Source: a virus
Lineage: Duplodnaviria > Caudoviricetes
DNA length: 55,882 nucleotides
Virus record (IMG/VR): IMGVR_UViG_3300011443_000016
Span: 1 to 55,882 of that record
Strand: one strand, 5' to 3'
A model generated the notes under the pieces. The model ran no database searches, was not told the origin of the DNA, and saw only the letters and a list, made by a program, of their open reading frames with translations. This document shows positions 26,251 through 33,722 of the stretch, in pieces. Made by a program: the position numbers and the translations under genes. Each line of letters opens with the position of its first letter. The first letter of the stretch is position 1.

Positions 26251-26858
26251 CGATCATTCAAACCAACAAACCGCTGAAGAAGCGCAGCGCCTATGATTTT
26301 TATCCCACGCCACGCCCCTTCTGCGATGAAGCCCTGGAACTGATTCACTTTCAGACCTGGAACGTCTTCAAGGATGGATACGTGCCGGAACTGCATATCC
26401 TTGACCCTGGCTGCGGAACGGGTGTGTGGGGACAGGCGGCACTAGACCGCTGGCCTCACGCGGTGGTGGATGGCGTGGAAATCCGCGATGTGGACACGCC
26501 AGCAGGCTACCGGTATTTGTACCGAGGCGACTTTCGCTTGCAAGACACGGGCATGGATTATGACCTGATTATCGGCAATCCGCCGTTCGTGTATGCCGAG
26601 TCATTTGTGCGCGTTGGGCTGGACAACTTGAAAGCGGACGGTCTGATGCTCTACCTGCTGCCACTGTCTTTTCTGGCAAGCAAGGGCAGGGCGCGCGGTT
26701 TGTTTCGGCATCACCCGCCGATGGAAGTGCATGTGGCGCATCGGGTTTCGTTCACTGGCAACGGCAAGTCCGACAATACCGAATATGCCGTTTATATCTG
26801 GAAGCAGGGCTGGAAGGGAACGCCCAGCCTCAAGTGGATGCTTAGAAGCAAATCATAA
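26247..26858 (+). CDS. Amino (N6-adenine type) DNA methyltransferase
   Basis: DFYPTP, LDPGCGTG, IGNPPF. Confidence 0.85.
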   Translation: MTIIQTNKPLKKRSAYDFYPTPRPFCDEALELIHFQTWNVFKDGYVPELHILDPGCGTGVWGQAALDRWPHAVVDGVEIRDVDTPAGYRYLYRGDFRLQDTGMDYDLIIGNPPFVYAESFVRVGLDNLKADGLMLYLLPLSFLASKGRARGLFRHHPPMEVHVAHRVSFTGNGKSDNTEYAVYIWKQGWKGTPSLKWMLRSKS

Positions 26859-26862
26859 GCGC

Positions 26863-26891
26863 TTTACAAGCGGGTTGAAACGGTCTATAAT
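26863..26891 (+). promoter_or_regulatory. Promoter TTTACA-17-TATAAT
   Basis: -35 at 26863-26868, -10 at 26886-26891. Confidence 0.75.
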
Positions 26892-26922
26892 AAAAGTTAT
26901 CTTTCAGATTGGAGGATGCAGA

Positions 26923-27261
26923 ATGCGGACACGATTGGGCGCTCACTTCGGAGAAACACACATCTTCACGGCTGTCTTCCAGGGCTTCAGTCGCACCACC
27001 AGCGAGTCGAATGTGGCCTGCTTTCAGCGGGTGCGGCTGAACGGGGTAGAGGTGGCGGATCATGTGTGGGTGCATCGCAGCAAGGCGATGAAACGGCTGG
27101 GCATGGAATACGGAGACATTGTGGAATTTGAGGCGCGGGTGGGGCGTTACAGCCGGGGTGAACCACTGCGGCATGTGTCGGAAATCGAGTATGATTTCAT
27201 GCTTGAAAAAATCAAGGATGTGCGGATTATGGAACGCCGTGCAGAAAGGGAAAGCGCATGA
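26923..27261 (+). CDS. Hypothetical protein (OB-fold-like)
   Basis: GGAGG SD; DHVW...GDIVEFEARVGRY. Confidence 0.6.
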   Translation: MRTRLGAHFGETHIFTAVFQGFSRTTSESNVACFQRVRLNGVEVADHVWVHRSKAMKRLGMEYGDIVEFEARVGRYSRGEPLRHVSEIEYDFMLEKIKDVRIMERRAERESA

Positions 27262-27599
27262 ATGAACAGGTGTTTGCCGATGCTTTGAAGCACCCGCGCA
27301 TCGGGGAGACAGCCCGTGTGGAGTGGGAGCGCTATCGGGGGAACGTGAGCCAGGAAGCGGCGGTGCTGGGCATGATGGCGCAGCATACGGCGCATCTGGC
27401 AGCGGTGTACAAGGACGGCGTAGTCAGCCCCACCGATGACGGCGTGTTCATCACCGACATTCCCGACTATGACCTGACGGTGGTGGATGCTTACTTCCCG
27501 TCACTGAACCAGCGGCAGGTGGGGATTTTCAGCCGCAAGGTCGGGGAACAGGTGGCACAGGTAATGATCGGACGTTTACAGATGCGATTAGGCCAATAA
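27258..27599 (+). CDS. Hypothetical protein
   Basis: ATGA-coupled ORF. Confidence 0.6.
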   Translation: MNEQVFADALKHPRIGETARVEWERYRGNVSQEAAVLGMMAQHTAHLAAVYKDGVVSPTDDGVFITDIPDYDLTVVDAYFPSLNQRQVGIFSRKVGEQVAQVMIGRLQMRLGQ

Positions 27600-27615
27600 G
27601 GGAGGGCAAACAACC

Positions 27616-28206
27616 GTGAAAAGCCGAACGACCAAAGACCCGCGCGTGATGAATACCAATGGCACATTATCCAAACCGCGTATGCTGGTGGTGGAAGCGT
27701 TGGAAGCACAGGGCAAAGAAGGCGCTACCATTGACGAACTGGTGGAATTGCTCACTCAGGATTTGAATGTTGATAATCCTAAAATGTCCATCGGGCAATC
27801 CCTGTCCAAGATGGAAAATGACCAATATATTATTCGTTCTCGCAATCGCTGGTATCTGAAGGAACATGCACCCAGCGCCCAACCTGCGCTCCCACCACAA
27901 GCCAACGGACGGGTGCAGCCGATTGCGCCGATAGCACAGAAGCGCAGCGGCAAGACGGTGGAACTGTACACTAGCCCGCGCGTGTTTAGTGATGTGATCG
28001 GCCTGTCACTGCTCATCAAAGAACAGTGGTTTAAGCTGCCTTTGTTCGGCGGGGTGCGCATCTGCATGGGACACGAGTCGCCCATCTGGTCGCCCGAACA
28101 GGAAACCTTCAGCGATGTGAGCGTGATTAAGATTCTGCTCAAGGATGGGCGTGTGGTGGAGGAACGGCCTGCGCTGAAAGATTTAGTGACAATCGCCCCT
28201 GAATAA
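27616..28206 (+). CDS. Winged-helix domain protein
   Basis: GATIDELVELL...SIGQSLSKM...YIIRSRNRWYL. Confidence 0.55.
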   Translation: MKSRTTKDPRVMNTNGTLSKPRMLVVEALEAQGKEGATIDELVELLTQDLNVDNPKMSIGQSLSKMENDQYIIRSRNRWYLKEHAPSAQPALPPQANGRVQPIAPIAQKRSGKTVELYTSPRVFSDVIGLSLLIKEQWFKLPLFGGVRICMGHESPIWSPEQETFSDVSVIKILLKDGRVVEERPALKDLVTIAPE

Positions 28207-28217
28207 TCCTCAATCTT

Positions 28218-28292
28218 AATTTTGGGTATTGACAAATAATTCAATACCCACTATACTGAGTATATAAGTTTAATTTTTCACCTTGAGGCTCA
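28218..28292 (+). promoter_or_regulatory. Promoter TTGACA-17-TATACT in the 18-bp box, with inverted repeat and TGAGGCTCA SD
   Basis: -35 at 28229-28234, -10 at 28252-28257; TGGGTATTGA-8-TCAATACCCA. Confidence 0.88.
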
Positions 28293-28300
28293 CACTCAAA

Positions 28301-28741
28301 ATGACCACCGCCAAAACCTTCTACACCGACAAAGAATTGACCCGCCGCAGCACGGCGCAACTGATCGCCATTTACAACCGCCTGTTCAATACGAATGTTT
28401 GGGACGAATATTTCAACCCGTTTGAACACCGGATGGAAATCTGGATGGCGCTGTGGATGGAAATGCGGGCGCAGGAAGTGGTGGCGCTGTTCACGGATGC
28501 GGATCGTGGCACAGGCGAGAAATATAAGGCCATGAAGATTAACATCACGCCAGACGGTTGGATTATCACCTGGGGCAAACATCACAGCACAACTCGCAAA
28601 TCGAACGCAAAAGTGAATGAAAGTCAAAAAACTTTAATGCGTCAATTGAAGGCCGATGGCGAAACATATCGTTGGATTGCTGATGTGTTTGGCATTACTG
28701 ATAGTGCTGTTTTTTACATCTTAAATAAAAGAGGAGCCTAA
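28301..28741 (+). CDS. Early protein with C-terminal HTH
   Basis: GETYRWIADVFGITDSAVFYIL. Confidence 0.65.
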   Translation: MTTAKTFYTDKELTRRSTAQLIAIYNRLFNTNVWDEYFNPFEHRMEIWMALWMEMRAQEVVALFTDADRGTGEKYKAMKINITPDGWIITWGKHHSTTRKSNAKVNESQKTLMRQLKADGETYRWIADVFGITDSAVFYILNKRGA

Positions 28742-28831
28742 CTTTTTTATTCATACTTGAGAAGTGATAATCGTTGGTTGTGATATATATCGCAATTTGT
28801 GATAAGATTGTGAAATTACAGGAGGATTTCA

Positions 28832-29368
28832 ATGGCGAAACAACCCAAGATTACACGACGCAAAATTACCGATTATATTCCCGACAATTCAAATGCAAAT
28901 TCTGGTTCAGAACGCGGTTTGCAAATGGTCGAAGATAGCCTATCTCAGGACGGGGTAGGGCGATCTATTGTTGCAGATGGACATGATCGAATCCCAGCGG
29001 GCAACAAAACGCTTGAAGCGGCTATGAATGCTGGTATTGAAGATGTGATCGAAATTGAAACCGATGGGCGTGCCTTGATCGTCCACAAGCGCATCGATTG
29101 GGATTTGGCCGATCCTCAAGGTGCGGCACGTCGCTATGCTTATCGAGATAATCGGGCATCTGAAGTGTCATTGAATTGGGATATTGAACAAATAAAAAGC
29201 GATCTCGATCAAGGAATTGATTTAAGCGGATTGTTTTCCGAATTAGAATTGAAAACACTACTGGATAAAATCGTTCTCCCCGATGATTGGAAAGAATTTG
29301 ATGAATCGGTTGCCAATGAAGTCGAATACTTCACTTGCCCGGAATGTGGGCATAAGTTCCCGAAATGA
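28832..29368 (+). CDS. ParB/Srx-like N-terminal domain protein with zinc ribbon
   Basis: DYIPD..NAN, GRSIV.D....AGN.T, DNR, C-terminal CPECG; typical partner of phage MTases. Confidence 0.7.
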   Translation: MAKQPKITRRKITDYIPDNSNANSGSERGLQMVEDSLSQDGVGRSIVADGHDRIPAGNKTLEAAMNAGIEDVIEIETDGRALIVHKRIDWDLADPQGAARRYAYRDNRASEVSLNWDIEQIKSDLDQGIDLSGLFSELELKTLLDKIVLPDDWKEFDESVANEVEYFTCPECGHKFPK

Positions 29369-30792
29369 TTAATGTTTTCGATTTGTTTCCAAAGGCACAA
29401 AATAGGCCGATAACGGTTCGAGAAGCCTTTTTACAATTACCAGAATTAGAACTGGATACCCCGGTAGCCTGGGGTAATAATCCCAATTGGGCAGTGTCAA
29501 AATATATCCCACGCATAAAACAGGGAGGCTCATGTGATGACGTGCATCCCAAAAAAGCAGGGTATAATTTGATAAGATTACACTCCCAAAAGGTTTCCCC
29601 AACAATCCCCAAGACTTGTAACGGTTCTTTGTTCGCCGGGTTGCTGCCACCTGAAGGCAATAGATATTGTTCTATTCAAGAATTAAAACGTCTCGCGTCA
29701 TTTCCAGACGATTTTCAACTAATCGGTAAATTTCGGGATCAATGGGCGTGCATCGGCAACAGTGTTCCACCACTTTTTATGAGGGCAATTGCTTTGCAAA
29801 TACGATCAGAAGTCTTTGATAAATCTACAGAGACATCTACAAACAATCCCCGAAATAGCTACCTGCAAATTTTAGATGCAGCATGGCGGCAACATCTAGC
29901 ACCGCGCCTATCCGATGCGCCAACGGTGATTAGCACATTCGCAGGGGCGGGTGGTTCGTCACTTGGTTACAGCATGGCGGGATACCGAGAACTGTTAGCT
30001 GTTGAATGGGACAACAATGCTGTCGAAACGTTCAAACTGAACTTTCCTGATGTGCCGGTTTATCATGGCGACATTGCCAAGTTATCCGTCGATGAGTGTT
30101 TGCAGATGGCAGGTATCCAGGCGGGCGAGTTGGATGTATTCGATGGTTCGCCGCCGTGCCAGGGATTTAGCGCTGCTGGCAAGCGCATGATGGATGATCC
30201 GCGCAACCAATTGTTTCGTGAGTACGTGCGACTGCTGAGAGGTTTGCAACCCAAAGTATTCGTGATGGAAAACGTGAGCGGTATGGTTAAGGGCAAGATG
30301 AAGCTTGTCTTTGTCGAAATCCTCAAGGAACTCAAGGCCAGCGGTTATCAGGTCAAGGCGTGCTTGCTCAATGCGATGTATTTCAATGTGCCACAGTCCA
30401 GGCAGCGTATGATATTTATCGGTGTGCGGAATGACCTGGGGATTGTGCCGAGTCATCCGAAAGCGCAGCATAAAATACTAAACGGTACGGCGTTGTTACC
30501 TGATGAACTGCAAAATAAACGTTTTTTGACATGGCGTAAAAAATTTAAACGCGACACCTTGCGCCCGTTGGGAAGCGTACCCATTACGGTTACTCGAAAG
30601 GGCATTGACCTGGAAGGGCGTGAAGTCTTTTCAGATGCATCAATAGTTCAAATATTTCAATCTTTTCCAACACAGTTTCTATTTACTGGAACAAATGCCC
30701 AAAGCGTTATGCGTATCGGTAACAGCGTTCCCCCGCTATTCATGAGGGCAATCGCCCAACATATTCGAGAGCAAATCCTAGATATGCTTTAA
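29365..30792 (+). CDS. C5-cytosine DNA methyltransferase with duplicated TRD-IX-X module
   Basis: FAGAGG, GSPPCQGFS, ENV, QSRQR; IGNSVPPLFMRAIA present twice. Confidence 0.9.
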   Translation: MINVFDLFPKAQNRPITVREAFLQLPELELDTPVAWGNNPNWAVSKYIPRIKQGGSCDDVHPKKAGYNLIRLHSQKVSPTIPKTCNGSLFAGLLPPEGNRYCSIQELKRLASFPDDFQLIGKFRDQWACIGNSVPPLFMRAIALQIRSEVFDKSTETSTNNPRNSYLQILDAAWRQHLAPRLSDAPTVISTFAGAGGSSLGYSMAGYRELLAVEWDNNAVETFKLNFPDVPVYHGDIAKLSVDECLQMAGIQAGELDVFDGSPPCQGFSAAGKRMMDDPRNQLFREYVRLLRGLQPKVFVMENVSGMVKGKMKLVFVEILKELKASGYQVKACLLNAMYFNVPQSRQRMIFIGVRNDLGIVPSHPKAQHKILNGTALLPDELQNKRFLTWRKKFKRDTLRPLGSVPITVTRKGIDLEGREVFSDASIVQIFQSFPTQFLFTGTNAQSVMRIGNSVPPLFMRAIAQHIREQILDML

Positions 30793-30887
30793 AACGAGCC
30801 ACAAGACGATCTGAGGCGTTTCCGTGTCCATACAGGTATAATCTATGCTATAATACCCATAACGCTGTTTAAAAGGAATATTTGCAC

Positions 30888-30926
30888 ATGAGTGATGAAC
30901 TGCAAGCCCAACCGAATAAATCGTAG
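30888..30926 (+). pseudogene. Orphan 5' stub of the gene at 31777
   Basis: AAGGA SD followed by MSDELQAQPNKS*, versus MSDVIQPNDKR at 31777. Confidence 0.55.
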
Positions 30927-31014
30927 TATAATAAAATAAATCCTCCGCACCGCTTCGGACAGTGGGGAGGAATAACCCAAAGGAACTAACCCTATGGATA
31001 CCTCTCAGTATACC
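30927..31014 (+). promoter_or_regulatory. Endonuclease leader: -10, hairpin, SD, opposing -10
   Basis: TATAAT at 30927-30932; TCCTCC...GGAGGA hairpin 30941-30971; AGTATA at 31007-31012. Confidence 0.55.
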
Positions 31015-31767
31015 CTAAAACAATCAAAACAATGTGAACGCTGCGGATTGTCTATTAATCATAATGGGCGCGGCAATTTCTGTTCGCAAGCCTGCTATTG
31101 GGCTTCTATGCGAAACCCCATTGAACGTATATGCAAAATTTGTAATCAGCCTTTTGTTGTGACTGCGAATCGAATAAAGCCTGGACAGGCATTATTTTGT
31201 AGTCGTAAATGTCGTGGAATATATCGCCAGCAAAGTCGTGTTGAATGTATCTGTATCCAATGCGGAAAAGACTTCTGGAAATACCCATCGGAAGTAAAGC
31301 GGGGCGGTGGAGTGTATTGCTCAGTTGAATGTTCTGGAATACATCGAACCCGGTCAATTAATTGCACCTGTTTAAATTGTGGCACTGAATTCACTTCTAC
31401 CCCTTCAAAAATTGAAAAGGGGAGCGGGAAATACTGTAGCCATAAATGTTATGCTGCGGTCAAAAGTTTGGAGTATCGCGGTGCAAAGAACCCTGAATGG
31501 CGTGGTGGGAAAAGTGATTATCGCGGGGAGAATTGGACACAGCAGCGAAAGTTAGCTTATAATCGTGATAACGGTGTATGTCAGCACTGCGGTAAGAAGC
31601 CGCAGAAGGGAAAACGAAAATTTCAGGTGCATCATATCAAACCGTTTCGCTTATTTGATGGTGATTATGAAGCAGCCAATCAACTGACGAATTTAATTAC
31701 ACTATGCGAGTCTTGTCATGGCAAAGCTGAACACGGTAAGATCGCTGTGCAGCCACATTTATTTTAG
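30994..31767 (+). CDS. HNH endonuclease with tandem Cys4 zinc fingers
   Basis: Four CxxC...(F/Y)CSxxC repeats, then RD.G.CQHCG...VHHIKP...NLITLCESCH. Confidence 0.9.
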   Translation: MDTSQYTLKQSKQCERCGLSINHNGRGNFCSQACYWASMRNPIERICKICNQPFVVTANRIKPGQALFCSRKCRGIYRQQSRVECICIQCGKDFWKYPSEVKRGGGVYCSVECSGIHRTRSINCTCLNCGTEFTSTPSKIEKGSGKYCSHKCYAAVKSLEYRGAKNPEWRGGKSDYRGENWTQQRKLAYNRDNGVCQHCGKKPQKGKRKFQVHHIKPFRLFDGDYEAANQLTNLITLCESCHGKAEHGKIAVQPHLF

Positions 31768-31776
31768 GAGTGAATC

Positions 31777-32331
31777 ATGAGTGATGTAATCCAACCAAAC
31801 GATAAACGCCTTTATATCTTCGGGAAAAATGGATGCTTGGTTCGCAGTATTGTGGATGCTAAAACAGGTAAGTCACACGCACCCTCGATTTTAGCCGATC
31901 AGGATTATTTTCCTGATGTGATGGATGCGTGTTTTGGCTTGCGATTGCAAGGACATCAACTCGCAGTGGTATCGAATGAAGGTGGCTGTGCATTCGGGAT
32001 TTTGACCGAAGAAGAAGCCGACTTGATGGCGAAAGCGGCTGCGGCTTATATCGGCACAGAGGTTTATAGGATATGCCCGTTCCATCCTAAAGGTAAAATT
32101 TCGCAATACACCAGGGAGCATCCGAATAGACTTCCCCAACCCGGCATGTTATCTGAAATCATGCATCAATTAGGGTTTCTTCCATCGGAAACGATATTTG
32201 TAGATGATTGGGAAACCAGTCGGCAAGCTGCAAACATGATCGGCGCGGGATTTGAGTGGAGTCATCAGTTCTTCAAGCGGGTCGATCCCTTTGCAGATCG
32301 CTTACACGCGGCGCTGGACTGGAAAGAATGA
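31777..32331 (+). CDS. HAD-IIIA (GmhB-like) phosphatase homologue with degenerate catalytic motifs
   Basis: VVSNEGG, CPFHP, RLPQPGML, FVDD; DxD motif replaced by GKN. Confidence 0.65.
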   Translation: MSDVIQPNDKRLYIFGKNGCLVRSIVDAKTGKSHAPSILADQDYFPDVMDACFGLRLQGHQLAVVSNEGGCAFGILTEEEADLMAKAAAAYIGTEVYRICPFHPKGKISQYTREHPNRLPQPGMLSEIMHQLGFLPSETIFVDDWETSRQAANMIGAGFEWSHQFFKRVDPFADRLHAALDWKE

Positions 32332-32588
32332 ACACGCTGCCATTCATCGAACCCAAACTGACCGCCGAAGACATTGCTGTGTATGAAGCGATTGAGGAAT
32401 TGTATTCGCTCAATGGTTATTCCCCGACCATCCGTGATCTTCGGAAACGGTTAGGCTATAAGAGTACAGACACAGCACAGCACCATATCACGCGGTTGCA
32501 TCGGGCAGGTTGGATCAGCCGGGAACCGAAACTGGCACGGGCAATCGTACCCGTCAAATATCCAAGAGTCCACTATCGCCGTAAGTAG
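32328..32588 (+). CDS. LexA-type DNA-binding-domain-only protein
   Basis: GYSPTIRDL...LGYKS......HI..L...GWI.R.P..ARAI. Confidence 0.75.
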   Translation: MNTLPFIEPKLTAEDIAVYEAIEELYSLNGYSPTIRDLRKRLGYKSTDTAQHHITRLHRAGWISREPKLARAIVPVKYPRVHYRRK

Positions 32589-32681
32589 AAATGAAAATTC
32601 CCCGCGTCAACGGGGAATTCCTTTTGCCTGACCCTGACCGGATCACATTGCATTATACGAGTATTTTGCGGACGTGCCAAT

Positions 32682-33194
32682 GTGACCTGGGATTATGGGC
32701 TGATCCAACGCAATCTAACCGAAACCAAACGACAATTGCGACAGACGACTTACCAGCGGGCGATGGAGCGCGCGGCAGATATTCGCGCAGACCGCTGGCT
32801 GGCTTACACGCCCCTCACCGCTGAGCAATTATCGGATAAGGACGTGGACACCGAAGCAGCAGACCGCATCACCGTTGCCACGTTCGGCATTCAGGGTCAC
32901 ACCTATTCCTTCTCCACTTCCCGCAGCCAAGCCCGTTATCGCCATTATCGCGTGATCCAGCGCCCAACAGAAGCCCTGGCAATCCGTCACGCCCTGAATA
33001 ATCCGGTGCTGGATTGCGACTTTGAACCGCTGCCCGTGCTGAGCATTCAGCCGCAACGTTGGTGCATCGTTTGCAAGTGTTCGCATCCGGTCAAAGACTT
33101 TGTGCGCCACCACAAGTATCTGCACGGCATTTCGTATGTGTGTAAGTCCAGGATCAAGGTGAAGCGTTATGGTGCATGGCAGATGGCAGGTTAA
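32682..33194 (+). CDS. Hypothetical protein with C-terminal Cys motif
   Basis: WCIVCK...F......G....CKS; start uncertain. Confidence 0.5.
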   Translation: MTWDYGLIQRNLTETKRQLRQTTYQRAMERAADIRADRWLAYTPLTAEQLSDKDVDTEAADRITVATFGIQGHTYSFSTSRSQARYRHYRVIQRPTEALAIRHALNNPVLDCDFEPLPVLSIQPQRWCIVCKCSHPVKDFVRHHKYLHGISYVCKSRIKVKRYGAWQMAG

Positions 33195-33257
33195 CGAAGT
33201 CTTGACAAACAACGTATAATCTTAAGGGTGAGACAATGATTATTTTATGGGAATCTT

Positions 33258-33722
33258 ATGGCGCGACCTGCTGACTTAACCCCCGAACTGCAACAACAAA
33301 TCATCTCTGCACTATCTTCTGGCGTGCCGATCAAGGATGCCTGCGCTTTTGTGGGCATTGACGACAGCACCTATTACAAGTGGATGGATCGAGGACGCAA
33401 GGGACGCAAGGGAGACAAGATTTACATCGAGTTTTTCGAGGCTGCTACACGTGCGCGCGTCATGGCACGAGTCGGCGCAGTCGCCGTGATCCGCAGTTCC
33501 GTCAAGGCGGGCAATAGCGAAGATGCACGCTGGTTCTTGGAACGCAGTGATCCTGCCAATTGGGGACGCAAGGATGTGCTGATTCAGTTGGGCATTGACC
33601 CGGCATTGCTGAAACAGTTGAAACTGACGGCTGATGAGGCGGGCGTGGATTTGTCGGCCATCTTTGAGGCGATGATAAACGAGTTTGCCAATGTCGAACG
33701 TCCAGCAACTCATCCAGAATAG
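33258..33722 (+). CDS. Terminase small subunit (HTH)
   Basis: MARP..LTPE, ACAFVGI..STYYKW, ARWFLER; directly before TerL. Confidence 0.7.
   Translation: MARPADLTPELQQQIISALSSGVPIKDACAFVGIDDSTYYKWMDRGRKGRKGDKIYIEFFEAATRARVMARVGAVAVIRSSVKAGNSEDARWFLERSDPANWGRKDVLIQLGIDPALLKQLKLTADEAGVDLSAIFEAMINEFANVERPATHPE

Noticed and set aside
28832-29368. Plasmid partition system
   Set aside because: ParB-like N-terminal domain only, coupled to an MTase; no ParA or centromere-like array seen.
33202-33220. TTGACA and TATAAT upstream of the small terminase gene
   Set aside because: They are only 7 bp apart, so they are not one canonical promoter. The -10 may still be used with an activator.
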